A stretch of 32,000 nt of DNA, taken from Vulcanisaeta distributa DSM 14429. GTDB taxonomy: Archaea; Thermoproteota; Thermoprotei; Thermoproteales; Thermocladiaceae. The translations under genes and the position numbers were made by a program. The notes under the pieces were generated by a model. That model was given only the letters and a program-made list of their open reading frames with translations, was not told where the DNA came from and did not search any database. This document shows, piece after piece, positions 1 through 8,947 of the stretch (its first letter is position 1; each line of letters starts with the position of its first letter). The DNA is taken from positions 330,001 through 362,000 of the forward strand of contig NC_014537.1 of the NCBI RefSeq assembly GCF_000148385.1. Reading direction: 5' to 3'.

Positions 1-134
1 ATGTTATTTGGCATTAACTGTGACTCGTCATACGTTAGCACGTTGAATACGTGAAATGAGTAATGGGCTATGTAAATCATCGTGATTAGCCAAGCCACGA
101 TTATTAAGATTGATACGTGCTTTCTCGATATCAT
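1..134 (-). CDS. Partial CDS (5' end only, continues past the window edge); hydrophobic N-terminus, unknown membrane protein
   Basis: My own reading of the minus strand. ATG at 134 opens MISRKHVSILIIVAWLITMIYIAHYSFHVFNVLTYDESQLMPNN..., and the frame is still open at position 1. TATTAAATA (158-166) is centred 28 nt upstream. It is too short for the ORF track. No family is recognisable. Confidence 0.3.
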   Translation of the reverse strand, partial: MISRKHVSILIIVAWLITMIYIAHYSFHVFNVLTYDESQLMPNN

Positions 135-146
135 TCTCAATAAGGG

Positions 147-166
147 ATTTTAACCCGTATTAAATA
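147..166. promoter_or_regulatory. Two interleaved TATA-like boxes serving the divergent starts at 134 (-) and 176 (+)
   Basis: ATTTTAA (147-153) is centred 26 nt upstream of GTG176. TATTAAATA (158-166) is centred 28 nt upstream of the minus-strand ATG134. Confidence 0.4.
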
Positions 167-175
167 CCATTCCCC

Positions 176-1045
176 GTGAGGAGCGATGAGGAGGTTATCA
201 GGCTCGTAAATGTTAGCAAGAGGTATTACCTAAGCAGTAGTGTCTATATCGATGCGTTAATCAACGTGAACCTAACGATTAGGATGGGCGAGATTGCGAT
301 TGTTATGGGGCCCAGTGGTTCCGGTAAGACCACGTTAATGAATATAATGGGTACGTTAGATAAGCCGACCAGTGGTCGTGTAATCATTGATGGGGTTGAC
401 GTCACGGATGCCGATGAGAAGTACTTGTCAAAGTTCAGGCTTGAGAGGCTTGGCTTCGTATTTCAGCAATACAACCTGATTTCTCAGTTAACGGCGCTTG
501 AGAATGTAATGCTACCAATGCTTTTAACTGGTAAATACACGAAGGATGAGGCCAGGGAAAAGGCTAGGTTATTACTTGACCTCGTCGGTGTTGGTGAGTT
601 TGCGAATAATAGGCCGAGCCAATTAAGTGGTGGTCAGCAGCAGAGGGTGGCGATTGCTAGGGCATTGGCTAATGATCCATCGTTCATAATAATGGATGAG
701 CCCACAGGTTCTATAGACCTGGCCAGTTCATACCTAATACTTGACCTAGTTAAGTTGCTGAATAAGGCCATAGGAGTTACCTTTGTGATTGCCACGCACA
801 ACATGGAGGTCGCGGCAATAGGTAGTAGGATCATTTATCTTAGGGGTGGTAGGATCGTAAGTGAGAGTGATCTTGCGAGGATTAAGGAGGAGTTTAGTAA
901 GTTGAGGGTTGATCAATTAACCGTTATTAAGTCATACCTCAGGATACTTGACCTTGAGGAGAAGAGACTGAGGAGACTAGGTCAGGATTTAGGCGAGATA
1001 GAAAGGAGGAGAGATTTAGTAAATAGTTTTATTGGCTCTACATAG
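176..1045 (+). CDS. ABC transporter ATP-binding protein, MacB/LolD/FtsE-like, with an extra ~60-aa C-terminal coiled-coil tail
   Basis: Walker A GPSGSGKTT, signature LSGGQQQRVAIARAL, Walker B IIMDEPTGSID and H-loop ATHN. The canonical domain ends near aa 230. It is followed by the charged heptad-like tail ARIKEEFSKLRVDQL...EEKRLRRLGQDLGEIERRRDL. Confidence 0.9.
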   Translation: MRSDEEVIRLVNVSKRYYLSSSVYIDALINVNLTIRMGEIAIVMGPSGSGKTTLMNIMGTLDKPTSGRVIIDGVDVTDADEKYLSKFRLERLGFVFQQYNLISQLTALENVMLPMLLTGKYTKDEAREKARLLLDLVGVGEFANNRPSQLSGGQQQRVAIARALANDPSFIIMDEPTGSIDLASSYLILDLVKLLNKAIGVTFVIATHNMEVAAIGSRIIYLRGGRIVSESDLARIKEEFSKLRVDQLTVIKSYLRILDLEEKRLRRLGQDLGEIERRRDLVNSFIGST

Positions 1046-1084
1046 GAAATTAGGTTTAATTAGTAAGGGATTTCTACACTATTG

Positions 1085-2860
1085 ATGAGTATTAAGTACG
1101 TATTATTGATAGCTGCGGTAATCATGATGCTGTTCATGGGGATCACCGTATACGCCTACGAACCATTAAATGCGTACTTTACTGTTAATTATGTCACGTA
1201 TTTGAACCCCAACGGTCAAGCCACGGATTACTACATTGAGTATTCATTGGTGCTTTACAATAATGAGCCCTATACAATCTCTTTAAACGTTACTATGAAG
1301 GTGCTACCATACTCAAGCATACTGTATGTATCGCCATCAACGGCGCTGATCAGTGGCGATGCCGTGACCTGGGTCATCACACTACAGCCATACTCCCAGG
1401 AAACACTTAATGTTAGGTTTAAGCCCGTTTATACACTATTACCAATAGCGTCCATGAATTATCGAATTCTCGTTAATGAATCCAGTATTAACTCAACAAT
1501 GGTTAATGGTGGTGTTGGTACTAACGTAAATATTTCGGTGAATGTCACGAACTTACTACCATTTCCAATAATGACCACCCTAACCCTAACCAAGCAGTCC
1601 GGCTTATTTTATGAGTATAACGTTACACCAACGTTAACGCAGAATATACTTGGTTATGAGGTTGATTATTGGATATTCAATACGGAGAATTCCTCCTCAC
1701 TTTCGTTGGGTATGGTTGTTGAGAATATGGGTCCGTGGCACAGTGTTAGGATAAACCCAATAACTGTTCAGGCAAGCATCGACTTAAATGGATCAATAAA
1801 CTCCCTGAATGAAGCCATTAATAGCCTAAACAACACCCTTAATCAACTAAGGAACTTCTCAAGCTCCTTAACAGGCGTTTCTGGTACGGCAAGTAATTAC
1901 ACGGCGCAGTTCCTACAATTAATAAGCCTACTCAATGAGACGGCTCAGGTTCTTGGGGCATCGGCATACATAATAAACTCAACACTAATGGTTGAGAGTC
2001 TACTCCAGGCTCAATTAATCGAACTTAAGGTGGCGCTCACCGCTGGTGGTCAGATACTCGGTGCCGAGGCCAATGTGATATCTCAATTAAGGAGTTCGCT
2101 TAGTCCAGTGGTGAATAATGAACAGACGTATCTAAACTCCCTAAATACATTAAAGCAAGACTTGCTCCAAATAGAGAGTTCGACGAGTAATAGCACGTTA
2201 ATAAATGAAATAAATAGCGCAATAATGATGATAAACCAAATTGAGAATTTATTAACAACCCTCTCCCAGGTATATAATAGCCTTGGTACAATACAGAGTG
2301 AGCTTACAACGACACAAAACCAGGTTAATCAGGCCACAGAGGGTCTTAATTACGCAATTACTGCGGCAAATGAGAGCGAGCTTTTAATAATAAGTATATC
2401 AAGGAGTCTTTACGTACTTCATAATGAATTACTAAACCTAACAAATCAATTATTAATCACCTACATAAACATCTCATCATACCAGACAAGGGCATTATCA
2501 TACATGACCCAGGTGAGTGGGTACGAGAGTGAGATTGAGAGTACTATCATGAGTGATGAGGTTAAGAAGGCGGTATTAACGGCTTTGGCTAGGCAGTACC
2601 TTACATATTTAAGTATTAATAATACGAATGTCAAGATTGATGTGACTGTGGAGGAGACGTTTGTGATAAATATGCCATCAGTAGTAAATACTCAGTATTT
2701 AATGCAGTTAATAAATGAGACGGCGGTTCAAGGCAATGAGTCGGTTAGTCCTAGGACCGTTGGTGCCGTAGTCATTAATTACAGCACTTATTACCCACTA
2801 ATCATTGGTGTCGCCTTATCAATAATACTAGTGTTGATTTTAGTGAGGAAGCTTCATTAG
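1085..2860 (+). CDS. Membrane-anchored extracellular glycoprotein: signal peptide, beta-rich N-terminal region, long uncharged coiled-coil stalk, C-terminal TM anchor (SlaB-like architecture)
   Basis: N-terminal hydrophobic signal (...GITVYA/YEP). About 250 aa of Q/N/S/L/T-rich helical sequence. C-terminal TM YYPLIIGVALSIILVLILV followed by RKLH. I count 21 N-x-S/T sequons. ATG1085 is preferred to TTG1082 because TTTAATTA (1055-1062) is centred ~26 nt upstream. Confidence 0.7.
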   Translation: MSIKYVLLIAAVIMMLFMGITVYAYEPLNAYFTVNYVTYLNPNGQATDYYIEYSLVLYNNEPYTISLNVTMKVLPYSSILYVSPSTALISGDAVTWVITLQPYSQETLNVRFKPVYTLLPIASMNYRILVNESSINSTMVNGGVGTNVNISVNVTNLLPFPIMTTLTLTKQSGLFYEYNVTPTLTQNILGYEVDYWIFNTENSSSLSLGMVVENMGPWHSVRINPITVQASIDLNGSINSLNEAINSLNNTLNQLRNFSSSLTGVSGTASNYTAQFLQLISLLNETAQVLGASAYIINSTLMVESLLQAQLIELKVALTAGGQILGAEANVISQLRSSLSPVVNNEQTYLNSLNTLKQDLLQIESSTSNSTLINEINSAIMMINQIENLLTTLSQVYNSLGTIQSELTTTQNQVNQATEGLNYAITAANESELLIISISRSLYVLHNELLNLTNQLLITYINISSYQTRALSYMTQVSGYESEIESTIMSDEVKKAVLTALARQYLTYLSINNTNVKIDVTVEETFVINMPSVVNTQYLMQLINETAVQGNESVSPRTVGAVVINYSTYYPLIIGVALSIILVLILVRKLH

Positions 2861-2956
2861 AGAACTTATTTTTAATGGCAATGGGTGCTTTACTTAAATA
2901 GAGGTATTAACCGCCTTGATTCTGTGCATAATAATCGCAATGATGAGGAAGCGGAG

Positions 2957-3529
2957 ATGGAAAACTACGTAAGTAGGATAATAGAGTTTTTGGGGGACAA
3001 CCCTGATAGGCCCGGGTTAAGAGAGACGCCTAGGAGGTATCTGAACGCTCTACTTGAGTTGACCCATGGCTTAAGAGAGCCGCCACCCAAGATTAAGTTC
3101 TTTCCCATGGAGGGTAATGAATATGTTGGTCGCATCTCAATTAATGACATTAAATTCGTATCATTATGTGAACATCACCTATTGCCGGTTATTGGTACGG
3201 TTACTGTGGTCTACGAACCACTTAACAGCGAGGTGCCTGGTCTAAGTAAGGTCGCTAGGTATGTTAAGTGGCTTGCTGCTAGGCCCATGCTTCAGGAGAG
3301 GTTTACGGCAAGGTTAGCTAATGAGCTTAAGGAGGTGCTGCATGCCAGGTATGTCTATGTTAAAGTTTGTGCATTGCATATGTGTGCGATGATTAGGGGT
3401 GTTAAGGATGAGGATATGTACATGGTCACTGAAGCCTGGTCTGATGGGGTAAGTGATGAGGAACTGAAGGAGTTAAGGAATTCAACTCGCTGTAGGGTGC
3501 CTAGGATAGTCCTGACTAAGGAATATTAA
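2957..3529 (+). CDS. folE: GTP cyclohydrolase I (FolE type, T-fold)
   Basis: Motifs RETPRRY, SLCEHHLLP, GLSKVARYV..ARPMLQERFT and ALHMCAMIRGV. The ORF-track start 2885 (GTG) is probably an over-extension. ATG2957 has ATAATAAT (2928-2935) centred ~26 nt upstream. Confidence 0.85.
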   Translation: MENYVSRIIEFLGDNPDRPGLRETPRRYLNALLELTHGLREPPPKIKFFPMEGNEYVGRISINDIKFVSLCEHHLLPVIGTVTVVYEPLNSEVPGLSKVARYVKWLAARPMLQERFTARLANELKEVLHARYVYVKVCALHMCAMIRGVKDEDMYMVTEAWSDGVSDEELKELRNSTRCRVPRIVLTKEY

Positions 3530-3530
3530 G
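3522..3530 (+). promoter_or_regulatory. TATA-like box for the 3553 gene, overlapping the folE stop codon
   Basis: AATATTAAG includes the folE TAA (3527-3529) and is centred 27 nt upstream of GTG3553. Confidence 0.4.
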
Positions 3531-3552
3531 GGGATTAACTTCAGTAATCACT

Positions 3553-3996
3553 GTGATTAACCCAATAGAGCATGTTGAACTTAGCACACATGTGCATGCA
3601 ACGGAGAGTGAGCTTAAGGTTGTGAGGGCGTTACTCAATTTATTACCTCCGCAGTACAGGGATGGTATTAATATAATGAGGAGTGGCGGCCAGGGACACT
3701 TCGGTAATGACATAGGTACTATAAAGGTGCAGTTTAAGGGGCAGGATGCGCTGCAGATTGCTCAACATATACTTAAAGCCGTTGACCAATTGGATAGGGA
3801 AATAATCCTTGTTACAATCAATAGTAGATTTAGTGATGGTAAGCTATACCTCAGATTTAACAAGCAATTGGCGTATAATGGCGTTGCAAGGCTTGATGAT
3901 GGTGACGACGTGATTAAGGTGATAATAAGATTTAATCATTGGGTGATTAAGAATGAGGGTATTGAAACCATAATCAAGCAATTAATGCGGCATTAA
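3553..3996 (+). CDS. UPF0201/COG1931-type predicted RNA-binding protein (archaeal DUF54 family)
   Basis: The N-terminus [23 protein letters not shown] resembles the conserved (V)HxTED start of the archaeal UPF0201 family. Its size (147 aa) fits that family. The call is from memory of the family pattern only. Confidence 0.55.
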   Translation: MINPIEHVELSTHVHATESELKVVRALLNLLPPQYRDGINIMRSGGQGHFGNDIGTIKVQFKGQDALQIAQHILKAVDQLDREIILVTINSRFSDGKLYLRFNKQLAYNGVARLDDGDDVIKVIIRFNHWVIKNEGIETIIKQLMRH

Positions 3997-5678
3997 AGCC
4001 TTGGCAGTGTCACAGCACCCATTGATGCCGACGTAACTAATGACGCATACTTAGCAAGTAGACCCCTCGTATACCTAGGCGGTGGTGGTTGCCAATTCTT
4101 TAACCTCCTCTTTATCTCCTCCTCAGGCACGAGTAAATCAAGTCGGCCATTCTCCACGTCAATTAATACCCTGTCACCATCCTCAACAACCGCTATTGGC
4201 CCTCCAACGGCTGCCTCGGGAGCCACATGACCGACCATTAGGCCGCGGGTAGCACCGCTAAACCTACCATCGGTAACCAGCGCTACGTCCTTACCCAACC
4301 CAGCTCCAACAATTGCAGCGGTGACCCTAAGCATCTCGGGCATTCCTGGGCCACCCTTAGGACCCTCATACCTAATGACAACCACATCACCCGGCTTAAT
4401 CTCGCCCCTCCTGATTGCTTGGAATGCCTCCTCCTCGCTGTTGAACGGCCTTGCCCTACCCTCAAACCTCATTAATTCGGTGGCTGCAACCTTAATAACA
4501 GCACCCTCGGGTGCTAATGAGCCCTTAAGTATCCTAATACCACCCCAGGGCTTGATTGGATTACTAACGTCCCTAACTATGTGGTCATGTGGCACGTTCG
4601 GGAACTTATAATTCCTCAAATTCTCCTCCAGTGTCTTACCCGTTATGGTGAGTACCTTACCATTGAGTAAGCCCGCCTTCAATAGCTTTAACATGACTAA
4701 TGGAACACCGCCAACCGCGTCGAGGTCAGCCATTACGTAGTCGCCACCAGGCCTTAAACTTGCTATGTACGGTGTCCTTCTCGATATTCTATCGAAGTCA
4801 TCAAGCGTTAATTTAACCCCAGCCTCGTAGGCAATGGCGAGTAGGTGAAGTATGGCATTGGTTGATCCACCCATTGCCATTAACACCGTTATCGCATTTT
4901 CAAAGGCCTCGTAAGTCATTACGTCCCTAGGCTTTATGCCAAGTTCCATCGCGTTCATTAACGCAACACCACTCTCAACCGCGTACATTACCCTCCTAGC
5001 CGATGTGGCTGGTGGTGAAGCACTTCCTGGCAAGGCCATGCCCAATGCCTCTGCTATCGCCGCCATGGTGTTTGCCGTGAACATGCCCGCGCAGGTTCCG
5101 TAGGTTGGGTGAGCCCTCTTTTCTATCTCATAAAGCTCATCCTCCGTAATCTTACCCGCAAGGTACGCGCCGATTGCCTCGTGAACATCCTCAATAGTGA
5201 GTTTGAGGTTACCGTAAAAACCAGGCTCTGCCGTTCCACCGTATAAGTAAACAGCCGGTATGTTTAACCTAGCCATAGCCATTAGGATCCCCGGCGTCGT
5301 CTTGTCACAACCACCAATACCAACAAACCCATCAAATGCATGCGCATTAACCTGGGCCTCTATTGTGTCAGCGATCACGTCCCTACTCACTAGGCTGTAC
5401 CTCATGCCCTCAGTGCCCATCCCAATGTTATCATTAACGACTATTGTCGGCACCGTGAGTGGTGAACCACCGCCTCTACGTACACCCTCCTTAACGTGGA
5501 CCGCTAATTGAAGCGTATGTATATTACACGGCCCAGCCTCACTCCATGCAGCAACAACGGCGACTAAAGGCTTACCAATATCCTCATCCGAAAAGCCTAT
5601 GGACCTTAAGAAAGCCCTGTGCGGTGCATTTAAGACACCGCCGTACCTCTCCTGACTTCGTAGGTTGACCTTAATCAT
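3993..5678 (-). CDS. ilvD: Dihydroxy-acid dehydratase
   Basis: Full-length IlvD/Edd signatures: [29 protein letters not shown] and [14 protein letters not shown]. It has a C-terminal TDGRFSG region and is 561 aa. Confidence 0.95.
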   Translation of the reverse strand: MIKVNLRSQERYGGVLNAPHRAFLRSIGFSDEDIGKPLVAVVAAWSEAGPCNIHTLQLAVHVKEGVRRGGGSPLTVPTIVVNDNIGMGTEGMRYSLVSRDVIADTIEAQVNAHAFDGFVGIGGCDKTTPGILMAMARLNIPAVYLYGGTAEPGFYGNLKLTIEDVHEAIGAYLAGKITEDELYEIEKRAHPTYGTCAGMFTANTMAAIAEALGMALPGSASPPATSARRVMYAVESGVALMNAMELGIKPRDVMTYEAFENAITVLMAMGGSTNAILHLLAIAYEAGVKLTLDDFDRISRRTPYIASLRPGGDYVMADLDAVGGVPLVMLKLLKAGLLNGKVLTITGKTLEENLRNYKFPNVPHDHIVRDVSNPIKPWGGIRILKGSLAPEGAVIKVAATELMRFEGRARPFNSEEEAFQAIRRGEIKPGDVVVIRYEGPKGGPGMPEMLRVTAAIVGAGLGKDVALVTDGRFSGATRGLMVGHVAPEAAVGGPIAVVEDGDRVLIDVENGRLDLLVPEEEIKRRLKNWQPPPPRYTRGLLAKYASLVTSASMGAVTLPRL

Positions 5679-5784
5679 TAATAACCTATATACTATCCCT
5701 ATTAAATTAATTCACTACTTAACACATTAAAATGAGGACCAACATAATACTTAATAATTTGGTTATAGATCAGTAATAATTTGT

Positions 5785-6249
5785 ATGTCGTTTACACTAA
5801 CAAGTCCTGCCTTTAAATATGGTGAAAGAATCCCAAGGAAGTACACGTGTGATGATGTTGATATAAGCCCACCGCTGCAGTGGTCTAATACGCCGGCCGG
5901 CACAAAATCCCTCGTCTTAATAATGGAGGATCCAGACGCACCAATAGGCGTGTTTACTCATTGGGTTCTGTATAACATACCGCCAGATAGGACCGAACTC
6001 CCTGAGAACGTGCCGAAGACCCCGGTCGTTGAGGGAATAGGCGTGCAGGGTATTAATGACTTTGGCAGAATTGGTTATGGTGGTCCATGCCCACCAAGGG
6101 GTCATAAGCCACATAGGTACTTCTTTAGGTTATATGCGTTAAATACCGTACCCAACATCAAGCAGAGGGCTTCTAAGGATGAAGTACTTAGGATAATAAA
6201 GAATAGTATAATCGGTACCACCGAGTACATGGGAACATACTCAAGGTGA
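5785..6249 (+). CDS. PEBP / YbhB-YbcL family (Raf-kinase-inhibitor-like) protein
   Basis: MEDPDAP, HWVLYNIP and GYGGPCPPRGHKPHRYFFRLYAL are the PEBP family hallmarks. Confidence 0.9.
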   Translation: MSFTLTSPAFKYGERIPRKYTCDDVDISPPLQWSNTPAGTKSLVLIMEDPDAPIGVFTHWVLYNIPPDRTELPENVPKTPVVEGIGVQGINDFGRIGYGGPCPPRGHKPHRYFFRLYALNTVPNIKQRASKDEVLRIIKNSIIGTTEYMGTYSR

Positions 6250-6274
6250 TGAACGCCCTTAATTTCACTCAAAA

Positions 6275-7144
6275 TTACGCCTCACTTAAATACCTCCAGG
6301 AGAGCACTATTCCTATTACTGAGAATATCACCGCAAAGCCTATTAGGTAAGCATAATCAAATAGTAGGCTTTGCCCCGTTATACCAAGCAGTAATTGCCT
6401 ATTAATGTCATTAACATATGTTAATGGGTTCACGAGGGCTACGGGCTTAAGCCACCAGGGCATTGACTTAACTGGGTAGAAGGAATTGCTTGCGAACATC
6501 AGTGGCATGTTCAGTAGGTTCATTATGGCCATTTGCGATTCCCAGGAGGTTGACCTTAGGGCGAGGGTCACGAATAGGGATGCGAAGCCCATGGACATTA
6601 GGGCAAGCGCTGCGTAGGCGCCCAGTACGTCCAGTGGATTTAGGCTTGGGTTTAGCTTCATGCCGAGTAATATGGCTATTATCAGCACTATCGTTGATTG
6701 GACCAATGACCTAATCATGGAGTTCAACACCTTAGCCATCACGATGTTACCCCTGGGCACTGGCGTGGTCAATAACTTACTCAGGACACCAAGTCTCCTA
6801 TCCCACACGATACTCATACCGCTCTGTAATGATGTGAATAATGTTATGAATGATAGCATACCCACCGCCAGAAATGAGAAGTAATCCGTAGTCCCGAAGT
6901 TGGCCTTAAGGACCTCAGACGCTATCTCATCAATTACCTGCTTAGGTATGTTAAGTCCAGGAATATTTAGCCCGCTTGTGAACATGACTGCGAAGTTCAT
7001 GGACTTTCCGAAGAAGGCAAGCCAAACAACTGGTTGTATCAACGATATTATTAGTATGACGGGTACCTTATACCACTTGGCCAACTCCCTATTGGTCAAT
7101 GCCCAAAGCCCATGTAGTGGGTGTAGTCTCGTTGCCATTCCCAT
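6275..7144 (-). CDS. ABC-2 type transporter permease
   Basis: A polytopic hydrophobic protein. Its ATG (7144) abuts the stop codon (7145-7147) of the upstream ABC ATPase. Confidence 0.85.
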   Translation of the reverse strand: MGMATRLHPLHGLWALTNRELAKWYKVPVILIISLIQPVVWLAFFGKSMNFAVMFTSGLNIPGLNIPKQVIDEIASEVLKANFGTTDYFSFLAVGMLSFITLFTSLQSGMSIVWDRRLGVLSKLLTTPVPRGNIVMAKVLNSMIRSLVQSTIVLIIAILLGMKLNPSLNPLDVLGAYAALALMSMGFASLFVTLALRSTSWESQMAIMNLLNMPLMFASNSFYPVKSMPWWLKPVALVNPLTYVNDINRQLLLGITGQSLLFDYAYLIGFAVIFSVIGIVLSWRYLSEA

Positions 7145-8143
7145 TCACCTCCTAGCTCTCGTGATAGTCCTTCTAAACCTCATGAACTCCTCAGAACTAC
7201 TCTCCTCATCCCTAAGTCTCCTACCCGTGAACTCCAGGAATACCTCATCCATTGTTGGTTCCTTAATGGTTATGCTCGTAGCCCTAATACTGAGCTTATT
7301 AAGGGCCTCAAGGATTATTGGGGCCGCCGTATTCCCGCTCTTAACCTTAAAGGTTATTGTGTTTCCATTCACAGTAACTCCATTAACTCCGTCAATGCCC
7401 TCAATCACCTTCCGAGCAAGATTAACATCCCCATTAACCTCAATTGTTATCACATCGCCGCCAACCCTCTCTTTGAGTTCTTTGGGCGTTCCGATAGCGA
7501 GTATCTTGCCATGATCGATGATTGCAATCCTCTCCGCATACCTATCAGCCTCCTCTAGGTAATGCGTGGTCATGAATATGGTCATACCATACTGCTTCCT
7601 AAGCCTATACACATAATCCCAAATCGCAGCCCTCGTCTGAGCATCAAGACCCAGCGTAGGCTCGTCCAGGAAGAGTATGGCGGGCCTATTAATAAGGCCC
7701 ATGGCGATCTCCAACCTCCTCCTCATACCACCTGAGTACGTCTCAACCTTCCTATCAGCCGCGTATGATAACTCCACTAAATCAAGCAACTCAGCAGCCC
7801 TCTCCTTAGCCTCCCTCTTAGGTATTCCATACAACGCAGCAACAAGCATTAAATTCTCCCAACCCGTCAAATCCTCATCAGCCGTATACTCCTGGGGAAC
7901 AACACCAATGCTCTCCCTAACCTTGGCCGGTTGCTTAATTACGTCATAGCCATTCACTACTGCAGTGCCCTCAGTTGGCCTAGTTACTGTGGTTAACATC
8001 TTTATTGTCGTTGTCTTACCAGCGCCATTTGGCCCTAAAAACCCGAAGATCTCCCCATAATACACCTCAAAGTTTATGTGATCAACGGCGGTGAAGTTTC
8101 CATAACGCTTCGTTAGATTTATTGCCTTAATGGCCACTTCCAT
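7145..8143 (-). CDS. ABC transporter ATP-binding protein (DrrA/ABC-2 type) with an extra C-terminal domain
   Basis: Walker A GPNGAGKTT, signature YSGGMRRRLEIAMGL, Walker B LFLDEPTLGLD and H-loop TTHY. The ORF track starts at GTG8167. ATG8143 (MEVAIKAINLTKRYG) fits the usual ATPase N-terminus and the TATA-like TTTATATTTAAG just upstream of 8167. Confidence 0.9.
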   Translation of the reverse strand: MEVAIKAINLTKRYGNFTAVDHINFEVYYGEIFGFLGPNGAGKTTTIKMLTTVTRPTEGTAVVNGYDVIKQPAKVRESIGVVPQEYTADEDLTGWENLMLVAALYGIPKREAKERAAELLDLVELSYAADRKVETYSGGMRRRLEIAMGLINRPAILFLDEPTLGLDAQTRAAIWDYVYRLRKQYGMTIFMTTHYLEEADRYAERIAIIDHGKILAIGTPKELKERVGGDVITIEVNGDVNLARKVIEGIDGVNGVTVNGNTITFKVKSGNTAAPIILEALNKLSIRATSITIKEPTMDEVFLEFTGRRLRDEESSSEEFMRFRRTITRARR

Positions 8144-8209
8144 AATGGTCAAGTAGGCGGATTGCACCTTAAATATAAATCTTTCTCTAAACCGATATCG
8201 GATAACCGA

Positions 8210-8899
8210 TTACAAATCTAATCTCCTTATTACCTGGGATATGTTCGGTACAAATTTGTCGAGGGTTATGTGGGGTATGAATTGCCTGATGTATTCGAAG
8301 GCATTAACTATGGGCCAGTTCGTATTATTCCCCTCACTTCCTCTCAATTCAACGTATCCTGCCCTCCATAGCGCCGTCAATGCATCTGCATATAACTTCC
8401 TAACCCTTATCGCCTCCTCCGCCGCTGCCACCTCCCTAGGCATTACCTTAACTGCAATCCTAACATTACTTATCATAGCCTCTAGGTCATCCTGCGTATA
8501 GTTATTCCTAACGACTGGGCATAGTGTAGATACTACGAACTCTACCGTGAAGTCCACGAGTTTAAGTTCTGGGTCTATCACGTACCTAATTACCCTGGGT
8601 AGGTATGGGAAGGATCTACAGGTTAGTGGCTTGTAGAGTGAGTGCACCTTACAGGTCTTATCCTCCGGGTTTAGGAATGGGCATATGCCCTTACTATTTA
8701 ACTGCATTAGATATGATAGAGCAACTCTAACACCGTTCTTAATATCGGTCACCACGTAGCCCGGCTTAAAGGCTAAATCATTCACGTCTAGCTCCTCAGC
8801 TAATTTACTCAGTATTATTACTTCATGTGGAAACACGGTCACTGGCGATATCGTGCAGCAATAGCCGCAATTCGGCATGCACTTAAATGGTGCTACCAC
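8210..8899 (-). CDS. YkgJ/UPF0153-type putative zinc- or iron-chelating (CxxCxxCC) protein
   Basis: N-terminal CMPNCGYCC cluster, plus the later GICPFLNPEDKTCKVHSLYKPLTCRSFPY typical of the family. Confidence 0.7.
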   Translation of the reverse strand: MVAPFKCMPNCGYCCTISPVTVFPHEVIILSKLAEELDVNDLAFKPGYVVTDIKNGVRVALSYLMQLNSKGICPFLNPEDKTCKVHSLYKPLTCRSFPYLPRVIRYVIDPELKLVDFTVEFVVSTLCPVVRNNYTQDDLEAMISNVRIAVKVMPREVAAAEEAIRVRKLYADALTALWRAGYVELRGSEGNNTNWPIVNAFEYIRQFIPHITLDKFVPNISQVIRRLDL

Positions 8900-8947
8900 G
8901 CCTTCTCACCCTGACCTAACTGGTTAAATTATTTTCTTCATTAGGCA

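Noticed and set aside
6900-7514. Long antisense ORFs opposite well-supported genes: 6900-7514 (+), 23403-23894 (+), 28258-28710 (-), 14790-15218 (-), 21188-21610 (-), 17733-18080 (+), 12323-12640 (+) and others in the ORF track.
   Set aside because: They lie entirely inside genes that have clear family motifs on the other strand. Their products are low-complexity Ser/Leu/Pro-rich sequences typical of shadow frames. None has a TATA-like box at the expected distance.
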